Assembly: GCA_025451755.1 (NCBI GenBank)
Contig: JANWJT010000017.1
Span: 82,147 to 135,892 of the forward strand
From: Candidatus Microgenomates bacterium
GTDB taxonomy: Bacteria > Patescibacteriota > Microgenomatia > Levybacterales > UBA12049
Reading direction: 5' to 3'
DNA length: 53,746 nucleotides
This document shows, one piece after another, positions 9,140-20,643 of the stretch. Within the stretch, counting starts at the first letter, position 1, and every line of letters begins with the position of its first letter. A program made the position numbers and the translations under genes. Under the pieces are notes generated by a model, which saw only the letters and a program-made list of their open reading frames with translations, was not told the origin of the DNA and searched no databases.

Positions 9140-11077
9140 ATGGGAAAAATTATTGGAATAGATTTAGGTACAACAAACTCAGCATCTGCTGTAATGGAGG
9201 GTGGATCTCCTAAAATTATTCACTCTTCGGAAGGAAGAAATACAACTCCTTCTGTTGTTGATCCTATTTCTCACATTGTCGGAGATGTTGCAAAACGTCA
9301 GTTAGTACTAAAGCCAAAACAAACTATATTTTCAGTTAAAAGATTAATGGGAAGAAAGTTTAAAGATGCCTCTGTTCAAGGCGATATTAAATGGATTCCT
9401 TATACAGTAAAATCTAGTAGAGATGAAATGGCTGTTGTTGAAGTTGAAGGAAGAACTTTTACTCCTCAAGAAATCTCAGCACGGATTCTTCAAAAAATAA
9501 AAAGCGATGCCGAAAGTTATCTTGGTGGAAAAGTAACACAGGCAGTTATTACAGTTCCTGCGTATTTTGACGACAGTCAGCGTCAGGCAACAAAACAAGC
9601 AGGTGAAATTGCAGGACTTGAAGTTTTAAGAATCATAAATGAACCAACTGCTGCAGCCTTAGCTTACGGGCTAGATAAAAAAAATGCTCATGCTATTGCA
9701 GTTTACGATTTGGGCGGAGGAACTTTTGATATTTCTATTCTTGAGCTTGGAGAAGGAGTTTACGAAGTAAAGTCAACAAACGGAGATACTCATTTGGGAG
9801 GAGACGATTTCGATCAGCTAATCGTAGATTATCTTGCAGAGGAGTTCAAAAAAGAAAATGGAGTTGATCTAAAAAAAGATCCTCAGGCACTTCAGCGCTT
9901 GCGAGAAGCTGGAGAAAAAGCAAAAATAGAATTATCATCTTCAACAGAAGCACAAATTAATCAGCCATTCATAACGCAAGGGAAAGACGGACCGTTGCAT
10001 CTTACAATGACTTTAACTCGGGCAAAGCTTGAGCAAATTGTTGATGTTCTTATTCAAAAAACCATAAAACCGGTTGAACAGGCACTAAAAGATGCAAAAG
10101 TAAAAGTATCGGACATTGACGAAATTGTTCTTGTTGGCGGAATGACAAGAATGCCAAAAATTGTCGAGGCAGTAACTAAATTTTTTGGCAAGGAACCAAA
10201 TAAATCTGTAAATCCCGATGAGGTTGTTGCAATTGGGGCTGCCATTCAGGGAGGAGTTTTGGGCGGAGAGGTAAAAGACGTTCTGCTTTTAGATGTAACC
10301 CCTTTAACGCTTGGCATAGAAACTTTAGGTGGTGTTTCAACTCCTCTTATTGCGAGAAATACAACGATTCCGACTTCCAAATCTCAGGTTTTTTCTACAG
10401 CGGCAGATAATCAAACACAAGTAGAAATAAATGTTTTGCAGGGAGAAAGACCAATGACTGCGGACAATAAATCTTTAGGAAGGTTTGCTTTGGACGGTAT
10501 TCCTCCTTCTCCGCGAGGAGTCCCTCAGGTAGAAGTAACATTCGATATAGATGCAAACGGAATTCTAAATGTAAAAGCTCAAGACAAAGCAACTGGTAAG
10601 GAGCAGAGCATAAAAATTACCGGATCAACTGGACTTACAAAAGAAGAAGTCGAGAAAATGACCAAGGAAGCAGAAGAGCATGCAAAAGAAGATTTAGAAA
10701 AAAAAGAGCAAATAGAAGCCAAAAATTCAGCAGATTCATTAATATTCACAGCAGAAAAAACACTTAAAGACGCCGGTGACAAAGTTGACTCAAATCTTAA
10801 GAAAGAAGTAGAAGATAAAATTGCCGATCTTAAATCTGTTCTTGAAACAGGGACAAAAGAAGATCTAGAGAGTAAAACAAAGGATCTTTCCGATTCTCTA
10901 CAAAAAGTTGGACAGGCAATGTACAGTAAAGGACAACAACCAACCGATGATAAAACTCAGCAGCAAACTGACGATAAAAAGGAGACAGAAGATTCACAAT
11001 CAGATTCAAATGATTCAAAAAAAGAAAAAGCAGACTCGGGTAAAGAAGAACCGGTCGAAGGCGAAGTAGTAAATTAA
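9140..11077 (+). CDS. dnaK: Chaperone DnaK (Hsp70)
   Basis: [23 protein letters not shown] and NPDEVVA motifs. Confidence 0.99.
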   Translation: MGKIIGIDLGTTNSASAVMEGGSPKIIHSSEGRNTTPSVVDPISHIVGDVAKRQLVLKPKQTIFSVKRLMGRKFKDASVQGDIKWIPYTVKSSRDEMAVVEVEGRTFTPQEISARILQKIKSDAESYLGGKVTQAVITVPAYFDDSQRQATKQAGEIAGLEVLRIINEPTAAALAYGLDKKNAHAIAVYDLGGGTFDISILELGEGVYEVKSTNGDTHLGGDDFDQLIVDYLAEEFKKENGVDLKKDPQALQRLREAGEKAKIELSSSTEAQINQPFITQGKDGPLHLTMTLTRAKLEQIVDVLIQKTIKPVEQALKDAKVKVSDIDEIVLVGGMTRMPKIVEAVTKFFGKEPNKSVNPDEVVAIGAAIQGGVLGGEVKDVLLLDVTPLTLGIETLGGVSTPLIARNTTIPTSKSQVFSTAADNQTQVEINVLQGERPMTADNKSLGRFALDGIPPSPRGVPQVEVTFDIDANGILNVKAQDKATGKEQSIKITGSTGLTKEEVEKMTKEAEEHAKEDLEKKEQIEAKNSADSLIFTAEKTLKDAGDKVDSNLKKEVEDKIADLKSVLETGTKEDLESKTKDLSDSLQKVGQAMYSKGQQPTDDKTQQQTDDKKETEDSQSDSNDSKKEKADSGKEEPVEGEVVN

Positions 11078-11105
11078 ATATAACCTAATATAAATGATTT
11101 TAATT

Positions 11106-11126
11106 AAGCGCGGTAAACGCGCTTTT
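11106..11126 (+). terminator. Intrinsic terminator-like hairpin after dnaK
   Basis: AAGCGCG-GTAAA-CGCGCTT followed by TT. Confidence 0.65.
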
Positions 11127-11146
11127 GTAATATAATAAACAAGTTC

Positions 11147-12046
11147 ATGGCACAAAAAGATTATTACCAAGTTTTAGGAGTTACAAAAAATTCATCGGCC
11201 GATGAAATTAAAAAAGCTTACAGAAAATTAGCTCTTCAATATCATCCTGACAGAAATAAAACTAAAGAGGCAGACAAAAAATTTAAAGAAGTTACTCAGG
11301 CATATGAAGTTTTGTCAGATTCCCAAAAAAAACAATCCTATGATCAATTTGGTCATCAGGCTTTTACTCAAGGCGCAGGAGGTCAGGGACCTTTCGGCGG
11401 CGCTCAGGGCGGACAAGGAAATGCCGGAAGATACGGACCATTTACTTATACGTATTCAACTTCAGGAGGAAGAGAAGGAGCAGATTTTGATTTTGGAGGA
11501 TTCTCAGATCCATTCGAAATATTCGAGCAATTTTTTGGAGGCGGGTCTCCATTCGGTTCCCGCCAGAGACGTTCTGCATACTCACTTTCAGTCGATTTTA
11601 TAGAGGCAGTTAAGGGAACAACAAAAAAAATATCAATTGGAGGAAAAGATCAAACCATAAAAATTCCGGCAGGAGTTGATGACGGATCAAGAATTAGGTT
11701 TGCAGATTATGATGTTATTGTCGATGTTAAAAAGGACCCAAGATTTAGAAGAGAGGGGTACGATATTATTTCCGAAATTGAAATTCCGTTTTTTAAAGCG
11801 GCATTGGGAGATACAGTAAGTGTCATAACAGTAGATGATCAGGTAAAATTTAATGTTCCTGCAGGTACTCAGCCGGATACGATTGTAAAACTTAGGCAAA
11901 GAGGAGTGACTCACTTAAGAGGTTCGGGGCGCGGAGAACATTATGTAAAAATCAAAGTTGTAATTCCTAAAAATCTTACAGGGCATCAGAAAAATCTTCT
12001 CAAAGAATTTGGAGAAGAAAGTAAAAATAAAAAAGGTTGGTTTTAG
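11147..12046 (+). CDS. dnaJ: DnaJ-family co-chaperone, class B (no zinc finger)
   Basis: J-domain with HPD, G/F-rich region and C-terminal domains; no CxxCxGxG repeats. Confidence 0.9.
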   Translation: MAQKDYYQVLGVTKNSSADEIKKAYRKLALQYHPDRNKTKEADKKFKEVTQAYEVLSDSQKKQSYDQFGHQAFTQGAGGQGPFGGAQGGQGNAGRYGPFTYTYSTSGGREGADFDFGGFSDPFEIFEQFFGGGSPFGSRQRRSAYSLSVDFIEAVKGTTKKISIGGKDQTIKIPAGVDDGSRIRFADYDVIVDVKKDPRFRREGYDIISEIEIPFFKAALGDTVSVITVDDQVKFNVPAGTQPDTIVKLRQRGVTHLRGSGRGEHYVKIKVVIPKNLTGHQKNLLKEFGEESKNKKGWF

Positions 12047-12076
12047 TCCTCATTTTGTGCTACGATAAATTACAAC

Positions 12077-12367
12077 ATGCCTTGCCCAGATGGAGTTCAA
12101 ACAGATTTAGGATGTATTCCAAATGACCCCTTTGCCTTTGTTACAAAATTTTATGGAATAGGGCTTGGGGTAATTGGTGGAGTTGCTCTTCGTTTTATTA
12201 TTTTTGGTGGATATACAATTCTTACTTCGCAAGGGCAGCCCGATAAGATTAGTAAGGGAAAAAGTTATATCTATTATGCAATTGCAGGGCTTCTCTTGGC
12301 GATTTTTGGTTATGTCTTAATTCAAATTATAGCTGTTGATGTATTGCATATTCCGGGATTTAGATAA
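12077..12367 (+). CDS. VirB2/TrbC-like pilin (CPR-type)
   Basis: Two TMs joined by GGYTILTSQGQPDKISKGKSYIYYAIAGL, the typical CPR pilin pattern GG..lTS.G.p.k...ak..i..AiiG. Confidence 0.75.
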   Translation: MPCPDGVQTDLGCIPNDPFAFVTKFYGIGLGVIGGVALRFIIFGGYTILTSQGQPDKISKGKSYIYYAIAGLLLAIFGYVLIQIIAVDVLHIPGFR

Positions 12368-12478
12368 TAAGTTTGACGAATGAGAATATGCATAGTATGC
12401 TAAAAAGAGACATTTGATCCTGTTATTGGAGGATTGATATTTTTATTTTAAGGTTTATAATTTAACCCATATAGTAAC

Positions 12479-13408
12479 ATGGATGGTCAAGAAACAAAGG
12501 AAGTAGATAGTACACAAAAAGCTTCACAGCCTCAGCCGGTACCGGGCCGTTCTAATAAGAAGCGGTTTGCAATCGGTATTATTATTTTGCTAATTTTCCT
12601 TTTTGCCGCTTTTGGTCTTTATAGCTTAACTCGCAAACAAGTTCCTGCCGATATTCTTCTTGCAACAGTTGGAAATGAAAAAATTTATAAGAGTACTGTA
12701 GAGAAAGTGGCAGAAGAGCAATATGTCCCGTCTGCAATAGATAATGTGGTTTTAAAAAGATTTCTTGATGTTACTATAGAAAGATTAATTTTGAATAACG
12801 AAGCAAAAAAACTAGAGATCGTTGTTTCGGATAGCGAAATAAGTAATTATCTAAACGAAAATAAATTATCGGAAAAAGCGAAATTAATAGCAAAATACAC
12901 GCTCTTGAAAGAAAAAATCATAACGAGCCAAATTAAAAATGTTGAAGCATACACAGTGGGTTTTTGGATACCTCCTTATTCATACCCGCAAGAACCAGAG
13001 TTTGATTTACAAAGAAAAGAAGGAGAAAGTGCGCTTAGTGAAATCGAACAAAAACTTAAGGCAGGAGAAACGGCATCTGCTGCAGCAAGCGCTGCATACT
13101 TAAAATATCCTAGGTTACAGAATATACTAGCAGTAAATGGATATCTTTTGAAAACGGTAACTGAACAAAGCTTAATTACAACCCCAAAAGAATATGTATT
13201 TAGTAGCGAAAACGCAGGACAAATATTCTATGACACCTTGTTCTCTTTAAGAAATATTGGAGAAGTAAGAAAAATACAAGGAGAAGATGGCTCGGGAGGG
13301 TCAGTGATTAAGCTAGTTGCAATAAATTCCGGAATGGACTTAGGATATGAAGATTGGTTGAATGAAAAAAAGAAAGCATTAGTTACAATGCATAATAATT
13401 TAGAATGA
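12479..13408 (+). CDS. Membrane-anchored SurA/PrsA N-terminal-domain foldase-like protein
   Basis: N-terminal TM; LATVGNEKI...LDVTIERLILNNEAKKLEIVVSDSEI resembles SurA_N. Confidence 0.65.
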   Translation: MDGQETKEVDSTQKASQPQPVPGRSNKKRFAIGIIILLIFLFAAFGLYSLTRKQVPADILLATVGNEKIYKSTVEKVAEEQYVPSAIDNVVLKRFLDVTIERLILNNEAKKLEIVVSDSEISNYLNENKLSEKAKLIAKYTLLKEKIITSQIKNVEAYTVGFWIPPYSYPQEPEFDLQRKEGESALSEIEQKLKAGETASAAASAAYLKYPRLQNILAVNGYLLKTVTEQSLITTPKEYVFSSENAGQIFYDTLFSLRNIGEVRKIQGEDGSGGSVIKLVAINSGMDLGYEDWLNEKKKALVTMHNNLE

Positions 13409-14955
13409 GACGATATTTATTTATTATTTTTTTATTTTTTATTGTTATGTTGTTGTTTGCAGATAGTGCGCGGGCAAATCATAACAGGCCTAATTGCTTG
13501 GGCATGTATGGAACTGTTCAAGGCGTAAATTATTCGGGGGGTCAGATAAAAGTATCTTGCGGGGGAGATGCAGGTCCTTCAGGATGCACAGGAAATTCTG
13601 CAATGCTTTCGCCGGGACAAAGTTTCCATTTTGATAATTGCAGTTGTCCACCATATACAGATGGGTGTCTAAAAGTAGAAAATGTTCCTTGGTTATGTTC
13701 TGCAGGATATGATATGGCTTGTGGCACAAATGGCCAAGTATTACGTAAAGATATAACGCTTTCTTGTCTACTTCCTCCATCTGCATCTCCAACTTCTACT
13801 CCAACTCCAGTACCAATCCCGCCATCAAATCTTGGCGTTGAAGCAGTCTGTCTTGCAAGCGGTACTCCGCAGGTTAAATTTACTTGGAGACCTGGAGAAA
13901 GTCCGTCGCTTTGGCTTGACATTACTAAAGAACAGTCATTTGGTTTGAATTTCTATAACAGAGATGTGACAGATAATAGCAATGCCGGTATTTTCTATTG
14001 GGACACTTTGCGTAAAATCAAGCTTAATACCTCAAACACCAATGATTATGCTCCGGAGATAAATACAACATATAATTGGAGACTTAATTATGGACCTGCC
14101 TCTGTAAACGGTCAAAGTTTTACGACACCTGCCACTTGTGTTCCTTCCACAACAATATCGCCAACAGAATCACCGACTCCTACTCCAACAGGTACACCGA
14201 CCCCTACGCCAACACCAAGCATAGTACCAAGCGGTCCTCCTGTAACTTTACCGCCCCTAACTCCTCCTGTAACTCCTCCTGTAACTTCTACTCCAAGACC
14301 ATCGGCAACATTTACTCCTAAGCCTCCTACTCCAACACCAACGCCTGACCTTTTTAGTCCTGCAATGTGCAAATGTGACGGAATGGAAGCAACCGGAATT
14401 TTCCCTGGCGCAAACGTGTCGTTTAGTGCATTTGCTAAAGTATTTGGTACCGATGTCAATTTCGCTAAGGTAAAAGATATTACGTTTTCGGTTTATGAAA
14501 GCCCGGAAAATAAACCAAATACAGCTATTCGAATTGCACAGTCAAGTCCAATCTCTGCTCAAGAGATTTTAAAAGATTCTTCAGCAATAAGGTATAAATC
14601 AAATTGGAATTTTATATTTCCTGCTAATGTAAATACATCTTCTTTGTATAGAGTAACAGCGCAAATAAATTGTGTTAAAAAAGTTGCAATGGCTCCTTCG
14701 AACGTACTTGGCGAAGAAACTGTGCGCCCAAGCTTTATCCAAAATCTCCTCTCCTTTTTAAGAAAGCCTTTGGATTTTGTGGGAGGATTGTTTGGCGGCG
14801 GGGATTCTGAACTATTGTCTGAATCACCTTCTGAGCTGGCAGTACCGACACAAACTACAAACCAGAGGACAGGACTTCAGCTTAAAACTATTCAGCCCGC
14901 TCAAATGCTTGAAAAGTCCTGCTCGCTACTTAAATTTAAGTTTAATAATCAATAG
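13405..14955 (+). CDS. Secreted Cys-rich multidomain surface protein with Pro/Thr linkers
   Basis: Signal peptide (ARA cleavage-like), nine-Cys N-domain, FN3-like segment, long PT linker and beta-rich C-domain. Confidence 0.7.
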   Translation: MRRYLFIIFLFFIVMLLFADSARANHNRPNCLGMYGTVQGVNYSGGQIKVSCGGDAGPSGCTGNSAMLSPGQSFHFDNCSCPPYTDGCLKVENVPWLCSAGYDMACGTNGQVLRKDITLSCLLPPSASPTSTPTPVPIPPSNLGVEAVCLASGTPQVKFTWRPGESPSLWLDITKEQSFGLNFYNRDVTDNSNAGIFYWDTLRKIKLNTSNTNDYAPEINTTYNWRLNYGPASVNGQSFTTPATCVPSTTISPTESPTPTPTGTPTPTPTPSIVPSGPPVTLPPLTPPVTPPVTSTPRPSATFTPKPPTPTPTPDLFSPAMCKCDGMEATGIFPGANVSFSAFAKVFGTDVNFAKVKDITFSVYESPENKPNTAIRIAQSSPISAQEILKDSSAIRYKSNWNFIFPANVNTSSLYRVTAQINCVKKVAMAPSNVLGEETVRPSFIQNLLSFLRKPLDFVGGLFGGGDSELLSESPSELAVPTQTTNQRTGLQLKTIQPAQMLEKSCSLLKFKFNNQ

Positions 14956-15019
14956 ATTTCCTCCTTCAAGTGTGCTACTATTTCTTTATGACTGCCGGTA
15001 TGATTTCGGTTAAATAAAT

Positions 15020-17365
15020 ATGACAAAACATCTGCCCGGAATTAAGAAAATTTTTGTTAGTGTCTTGTTTCTTCTCTTGCTAGTTATTCCAAGTCTTTTC
15101 TATCCTCAAAAAATAATTGCTCAAACTCCTACTCCGTCAGCCGAAGGGCAATGGGTTAAGGATGATGAAGTTACTTTTGTTGGAAAAGCTGCAGTAAGGT
15201 CCGGGGAATTCTTAGACTGGACTCTTGCAAATTACAACTGGTCTTCTGTTTCGAGCGGACAAAATAATCCACTTGCAGCTTTTTGGGCAACAATACGAAA
15301 TATTGTCTATGCATTCTTTACTCTTTTTGTTCTGGTTTCAGCTTTTGTAATAATTGTTACCCGCGGACGGAACATAACTGTCATGAAATTTATTCCAAGA
15401 TTTATAATGATACTTCTCCTTGTTACTTTTTCCTTTGCTCTTATACAATTTATATATCAAATAACAGATGCTATCCAAGGATTCTTCTTAAGAAATCCCG
15501 ATGCGTCAACTTTTGCTCAGCATCCCACCATATGGCAGGGGAACCTTTTATTTGTAGGCTTTGGATATGATTTTCAAGGGTATAGAATACTCGGGTCTGC
15601 ATTTGACGAGTCTTATTTCGTATCTCTTCTTCTCGTTAAGCTAACAGCTTTAACTTACTACATGATGGTTGGAATACTTATTCTTAGAAAAATTATTCTT
15701 TGGTTTTTTATTATAATTTCGCCGATATTTCCGCTTCTTCTCTTATACTCTCCAATTAGAAATACTGCGAAGATTTGGGTAGGAGAATTTTTTCGCTGGC
15801 TTTTATACGCTCCTATTTTTGCAATTTTTCTTTCTGGCTTGGTTCATTTGTGGGCCTCAAGCACAAGTACACTTTCTGGTATTCCTTTAAAGTTTAATTT
15901 TAACGGAGCAGTTGAGTATCAAACAGCAATAAGTATCCTCTTGGGAGGACCGGGTCAGATAGTAGGACTTACCAACAGCGTAAACAATAAAGACACATTT
16001 GCTTTATATGTAGTGGCGCTTCTCATGCTTTGGGTTGTTATTATTTTGCCATTTCTTCTTCTTAAAATTTTTCTTGATTTCTTGCGTGATTTTTCTTTTA
16101 GTGAAAGTACTCTTATGAAGCAATTGGTAGCTGGAGGATCTTCTCTGGTTGGAAGAGGTGCGGGAGGAAAACCTCCGCCGCCTCCTTCTATGCAGCCAGA
16201 AGGAGTAGCTCGTCCGCTTCCTTTTACATCTGCTAAGATTGCGATTCCGCAGATACGAACAAACGAAGCGATAATAAATGCGCAAGCGGCTAATATAAAA
16301 GAAACTCAAATGAGCTCCAGTCTGCTTCGGCTTGCAAATTTAAGTATTCCTACCATGAAAGATATAGCAAAATATGAAACTTCTCTTTTGTCATCCGATA
16401 TTGGTAAGCATCAGGATATTGCAAAGTTTCATGAAGCACTTGAGGGAATAGCAAATCCTCATAGGGTAGCAACTCCAACGCAAAGAGATCAGTATAATCA
16501 CTTGCAAGAAAAATTAAAACAGGAGGCAAGAAGAGGTGATCCACTTGCTAACTCTATTTTATCGGCAGCAAAATCCGTTTCGGGTAAAGACACTACTCCA
16601 TCTGTTGAAACAGCCAAGCTAAATTCAGTACTTGCGGGGGTAAACAATTTAGATAGTATTAGCTCGGTTGAGGAAAGACAAAAATCAAGTTCTATCAAAA
16701 CCGCTCTGACTCAAGCCCAAGAAAAAGGTGACCCATTGGCAATTTCGGTGTTGTCTGCAATGCAAAAAGGAGAAGCTGGAATAGATGAAAGCTTGAAGCA
16801 AAAATTATTCGAAGCAAAAGAAAAAGGAAACGCTCTTGCTGCTTCTATTCTAGAAGCTTCGGGCGGAACAGATCTTAAAGGAGATAAAAGTTTCCCGGCA
16901 TCGAATAGAGTTCAGTCTGTAAGCATAGATGATTACGAATCTGTTAAAAAGATATGGCAGGAAAATTATCAAAAACTTGAACCGCCAAAGACAATAGATG
17001 GAAAACAAAGAGACAGAAAGGAATGGATTTCAAATGATATAGATAAAATCTCTGAAACCATAAATCTTTTAGCTTCATCCGATCCTCAAAATGTAGCAAA
17101 GGGAATGGAAGCAGTGGGAGCTATTCTTCCATTCCTTCTTGTCGGTGGATTTTCCCAAACCGAAGTAACAACTTATCTTAAAGCAAAACTTGAGGCGGCG
17201 AAAGCAGTAAAAGAAGAAATAGGCAAAAAAGAAGAAGAGGAATCTACGATGCTTGACACGTCAAAGAAGAAAGAGGAAAAGCCTAAAGAATTAGAAGTTC
17301 AGGAAGAGCTAAAAAAACCCGAAGAAATAATTGACAGCGATAAGAATAAAGATGGTACTATATAA
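15020..17365 (+). CDS. VirB6/TrbL-like polytopic membrane protein with long helical C-terminal tail
   Basis: Signal-like N-terminus and about 6-7 TMs; LILRKIILWFFIIISPIFPLL...AKIWVGEFFRWLLYAPIF resembles the VirB6-type core seen in CPR. Confidence 0.6.
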   Translation: MTKHLPGIKKIFVSVLFLLLLVIPSLFYPQKIIAQTPTPSAEGQWVKDDEVTFVGKAAVRSGEFLDWTLANYNWSSVSSGQNNPLAAFWATIRNIVYAFFTLFVLVSAFVIIVTRGRNITVMKFIPRFIMILLLVTFSFALIQFIYQITDAIQGFFLRNPDASTFAQHPTIWQGNLLFVGFGYDFQGYRILGSAFDESYFVSLLLVKLTALTYYMMVGILILRKIILWFFIIISPIFPLLLLYSPIRNTAKIWVGEFFRWLLYAPIFAIFLSGLVHLWASSTSTLSGIPLKFNFNGAVEYQTAISILLGGPGQIVGLTNSVNNKDTFALYVVALLMLWVVIILPFLLLKIFLDFLRDFSFSESTLMKQLVAGGSSLVGRGAGGKPPPPPSMQPEGVARPLPFTSAKIAIPQIRTNEAIINAQAANIKETQMSSSLLRLANLSIPTMKDIAKYETSLLSSDIGKHQDIAKFHEALEGIANPHRVATPTQRDQYNHLQEKLKQEARRGDPLANSILSAAKSVSGKDTTPSVETAKLNSVLAGVNNLDSISSVEERQKSSSIKTALTQAQEKGDPLAISVLSAMQKGEAGIDESLKQKLFEAKEKGNALAASILEASGGTDLKGDKSFPASNRVQSVSIDDYESVKKIWQENYQKLEPPKTIDGKQRDRKEWISNDIDKISETINLLASSDPQNVAKGMEAVGAILPFLLVGGFSQTEVTTYLKAKLEAAKAVKEEIGKKEEEESTMLDTSKKKEEKPKELEVQEELKKPEEIIDSDKNKDGTI

Positions 17366-17367
17366 GT

Positions 17368-20088
17368 ATGTTTGGTAATTTATTTGGGTCAAGAAAATAT
17401 ATAGTAGATAATCAGGTGCAGCAGGATCAGCAAGGACAACAGATACCGCCACAGGTATCTGCCCCTCAAATCTCTCAAAATCCAGCTGTTCCTCAATCTC
17501 CGGCTGTCGGTGCATCCTCTTCTATGGAGCCAGGTACTAGGCAGGGACTTTCAGTTTTGTCTCATTTAGATACCAGGGCTACTCAAGTTTTAAATCTTGC
17601 ATTACAGGAATCAAAAAGAATTAAGCAGGCATTAATAGAACCCGAAGAGATAATGATAGGTCTTTTATATGATGGGGAGGTTTTTAAATTGGTTTCTCAA
17701 TTTTCTTCGGATCCCACGACAATAGTTAAAGAAATTCAGAGTAAGCAAGTTATGGGAACTTTTTCCGGAGAGCCTACTCTAAGCGATACATCTAAAAAAG
17801 TTTTTGATGATGCTTATAAAATGGTACAAAATCGGGGGGTCGAATTTATAACGCCGGAAGATCTACTACTTACACTATTTTCTCAGACGGCTTCATCGAA
17901 TATTCTTCAAAACCAGGGGATTAAAAAAGAAGATTTAGAGAAAACACTTTCAAAATCTACAGCTTATGTAAAAGGAAAAAAATCTGCACTCGAAAGTTAT
18001 GGAGTTGATTTAACAGAGCAGGCAAAAAATGGAGAACTCGATCCGATTGCAGGACGAGATTCAGAAATAGAAAGAGCAATCCACATTTTGCTTAGACGAA
18101 CCAAAAATAACCCGATTATTATAGGAGAAGCAGGGGTTGGTAAAACTGCAATTGTAGAAGGTCTTGCAAAAAAGATTGTAGACGGGTCTGCTCCAAAAGA
18201 TTTATTAAACAAAAAAATAATTCAGCTAGATTTATCTTCACTAGTAGCAGGAGCGTCTCATAGGGGAGAATTTGAGGAAAGACTTAGAAATGTTATTAAG
18301 GAAACTCAGGTCGCGGCGGGTACTATTGTTTTATTTATCGATGAAATTCATACATTAATTGGAGCAGGAGATACAGAAGGAGCGCTAGATGCTTCAAATA
18401 TTGTAAAACCATTTCTAGCAAGAGGACAGCTTCAAATAATTGGGACGACTACCACAACAGAATACAGAAAGTATTTTGAAAAAGATAAAGCATTCGAAAG
18501 AAGATTTCAGCCTGTCCTAGTTGCGGAGCCCGATGAGAAAACCGCAGTAGAAATGTTAAAAGTTTTAAAAGCAAAATATGAAGATTTCCACAAAGTTTTA
18601 TTGCCTGACCAAGCGCTTGATGCGTCGGTAAAATTGTCAAAAAGATATATTGGAGAAAGATACCTTCCCGACAAAGCAGTAGATCTTTTAGATGAAGCTT
18701 CGGCGGAAGTAAGACTTGAAATACAAGCTGGCAGGAGACAAGATAATAATGTTATCGAAGAGGATATTCAAAAAGTTGTAAGCAGCTGGACGGGAATTCC
18801 TATAACCAAGCTTACAGAGAATGAGGGCGAAAAATTACTTCATCTCGAAGACACTATCCACAAAAGGTTAATAAATCAGGAAATCGCAGTTTCCTCGGTT
18901 GCAGAAGCTGTAAGAAGAGGAAGAATTGGTTTATCCAGTGCAAATAGACCTATTGCATCTTTTATTTTTCTAGGTCCAACGGGCGTTGGAAAGACTGAAC
19001 TTGCAAAAACTTTAGCAGAAATAATTTTCGGAAAAGAAGATTTAATGATAAGGCTTGATATGAGTGAATACATGGAGAAGCACGAGGTAGCAAAGCTTAT
19101 TGGTGCTCCTCCGGGATACGTTGGATATGAAGAGGGTGGACAACTAACAGAAGCAGTAAGAGCAAAGCCTTACTCAATTGTCTTGTTGGATGAAATAGAA
19201 AAAGCTCATCCCGATGTTTTTAATATAATGCTTCAGCTTCTAGAAGACGGAAGGCTTACAGACAACAAAGGGAATACCATTTCTTTTAAAAATACAATAA
19301 TTATTGCAACCTCAAATATTGGAAGCGATCTTATTCAAAAGGAGCTTGAGGAAAATAAAAAAGTTGATGATGCACCTTCTAGCAAAGAAGTTTCTGCAGA
19401 TGAATTAACTAAAAGATTTGAGAAGCTTTCAAAAATATTACTGGTAGAGCTTCGAAAATTCTTTAAACCAGAACTCTTAAACCGTTTTGATGAAGTTGTA
19501 ATATTTGAATCACTTACGCAAAAAAATATGCATGCGGTTGCAAATCTTGGAATTAATTCCACCAAGAAATTATTAAACCAGCAAGGAATAGATATAGAAG
19601 TTGCGCAGGAGGCATTAACTCAGCTTGCCAAAGAAGGGTACGATCCAATTTATGGAGCAAGACCATTAAGGCGTCTTATTCAAAGCGCAATAGAAAATCC
19701 AATTGCAATTCTTATAATAAATAAAACATTTATTAAGGGAGACAAAATTTTGGTCAATTTTGATAGTCAGAAGCAACAATTTGCTTTTTCCAAAGCTCCT
19801 CCTCCAGTTCAAAGTCAAAATACTGACGGAGCACAGATTCCCAATCAGCCACCATCTAATCAGCCTCCTGTTCAGCCAATTGCAAACGGAACACCACCGG
19901 TAGATAACGTTGGTCAGGCTATTCCTAATCAAAATCCAACACCAATTCCTATTCCTGCTCCAATTTTAACTCCAGACCCAATTCCAGGCCTAACGCCAAA
20001 TCCATCCTTCCCGAACCCGCCTGTAAATCCAGTTAGTCCAATTAACACTGTTGGCACAGACGGAAGTCAAATGCAGCCTCAAAATTGA
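17368..20088 (+). CDS. Hsp100/Clp AAA+ ATPase (two NBDs, Clp-N domain, no M-domain)
   Basis: [35 protein letters not shown] pore loop and GARPLRR; Gln/Pro-rich tails at both ends. Confidence 0.92.
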   Translation: MFGNLFGSRKYIVDNQVQQDQQGQQIPPQVSAPQISQNPAVPQSPAVGASSSMEPGTRQGLSVLSHLDTRATQVLNLALQESKRIKQALIEPEEIMIGLLYDGEVFKLVSQFSSDPTTIVKEIQSKQVMGTFSGEPTLSDTSKKVFDDAYKMVQNRGVEFITPEDLLLTLFSQTASSNILQNQGIKKEDLEKTLSKSTAYVKGKKSALESYGVDLTEQAKNGELDPIAGRDSEIERAIHILLRRTKNNPIIIGEAGVGKTAIVEGLAKKIVDGSAPKDLLNKKIIQLDLSSLVAGASHRGEFEERLRNVIKETQVAAGTIVLFIDEIHTLIGAGDTEGALDASNIVKPFLARGQLQIIGTTTTTEYRKYFEKDKAFERRFQPVLVAEPDEKTAVEMLKVLKAKYEDFHKVLLPDQALDASVKLSKRYIGERYLPDKAVDLLDEASAEVRLEIQAGRRQDNNVIEEDIQKVVSSWTGIPITKLTENEGEKLLHLEDTIHKRLINQEIAVSSVAEAVRRGRIGLSSANRPIASFIFLGPTGVGKTELAKTLAEIIFGKEDLMIRLDMSEYMEKHEVAKLIGAPPGYVGYEEGGQLTEAVRAKPYSIVLLDEIEKAHPDVFNIMLQLLEDGRLTDNKGNTISFKNTIIIATSNIGSDLIQKELEENKKVDDAPSSKEVSADELTKRFEKLSKILLVELRKFFKPELLNRFDEVVIFESLTQKNMHAVANLGINSTKKLLNQQGIDIEVAQEALTQLAKEGYDPIYGARPLRRLIQSAIENPIAILIINKTFIKGDKILVNFDSQKQQFAFSKAPPPVQSQNTDGAQIPNQPPSNQPPVQPIANGTPPVDNVGQAIPNQNPTPIPIPAPILTPDPIPGLTPNPSFPNPPVNPVSPINTVGTDGSQMQPQN

Positions 20089-20094
20089 TAATAT

Positions 20095-20643
20095 ATGACC
20101 GATGAAAATATTAATCCTCAAAATATTCCAATTCAATCTCCAAACACTGATTTAACAAATCAAAAATCTCCGCCATCAAGTTCAAAAAAAACTATTCTCA
20201 TTGTTCTACTAATAATTTTGATTATTGCTATTTCACTTCTATTTTTTTTATTTTTTAACCAAAAAGAGAAAAGTACTAATCCTACTATAATTCCTACAGT
20301 TAATCCTCAGATAAGTATGGCAACGTCAGGCCAGCTAGCTCCTTCTTCAGGAGTGCAAATAACACCAGAATTCGTTCCAGATGAGGTAATTGTTAAGTAT
20401 AAAACTGGACAGTCGCCAGATGAAATAAAAGATGAAAATAAGAAAAATAAACTCGAGGATTCCTTACAAAGAATCGGAGTATTATCACAAGAAAAGTTAT
20501 ATAACTCAGATGATCCTATTTTAAAAAGATCCTATCTTTTGAAATTTAAAAAAGGATCAGATATATTAAATGCAATAGAAAAATTAAATAAATTGGAGGA
20601 AATAGAATATGCAGAGCCAAATAATATCCAAAATACCTTTTAA
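20095..20643 (+). CDS. Membrane-anchored stand-alone subtilase prodomain (I9/fervidolysin-propeptide-like)
   Basis: TM followed by FVPDEVIVKYK...IEYAEPN; homologous to the prodomain of the next gene. Confidence 0.75.
   Translation: MTDENINPQNIPIQSPNTDLTNQKSPPSSSKKTILIVLLIILIIAISLLFFLFFNQKEKSTNPTIIPTVNPQISMATSGQLAPSSGVQITPEFVPDEVIVKYKTGQSPDEIKDENKKNKLEDSLQRIGVLSQEKLYNSDDPILKRSYLLKFKKGSDILNAIEKLNKLEEIEYAEPNNIQNTF

Noticed and set aside
11147..12046. dnaJ as a pseudogene because the zinc finger is missing
   Set aside because: The ORF is intact with J, G/F and C-terminal domains; class B J-proteins are well known.
14150..14350. Short tandem repeats (ACTCCTCCTGTA, CCNACN) as a possible CRISPR or VNTR
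   Set aside because: They encode a Pro/Thr linker; there is no repeat-spacer structure and no cas gene.
12077..17365. Conjugative element (ICE)
   Set aside because: No relaxase, VirB4, coupling protein, integrase or att-like repeats seen in the window.
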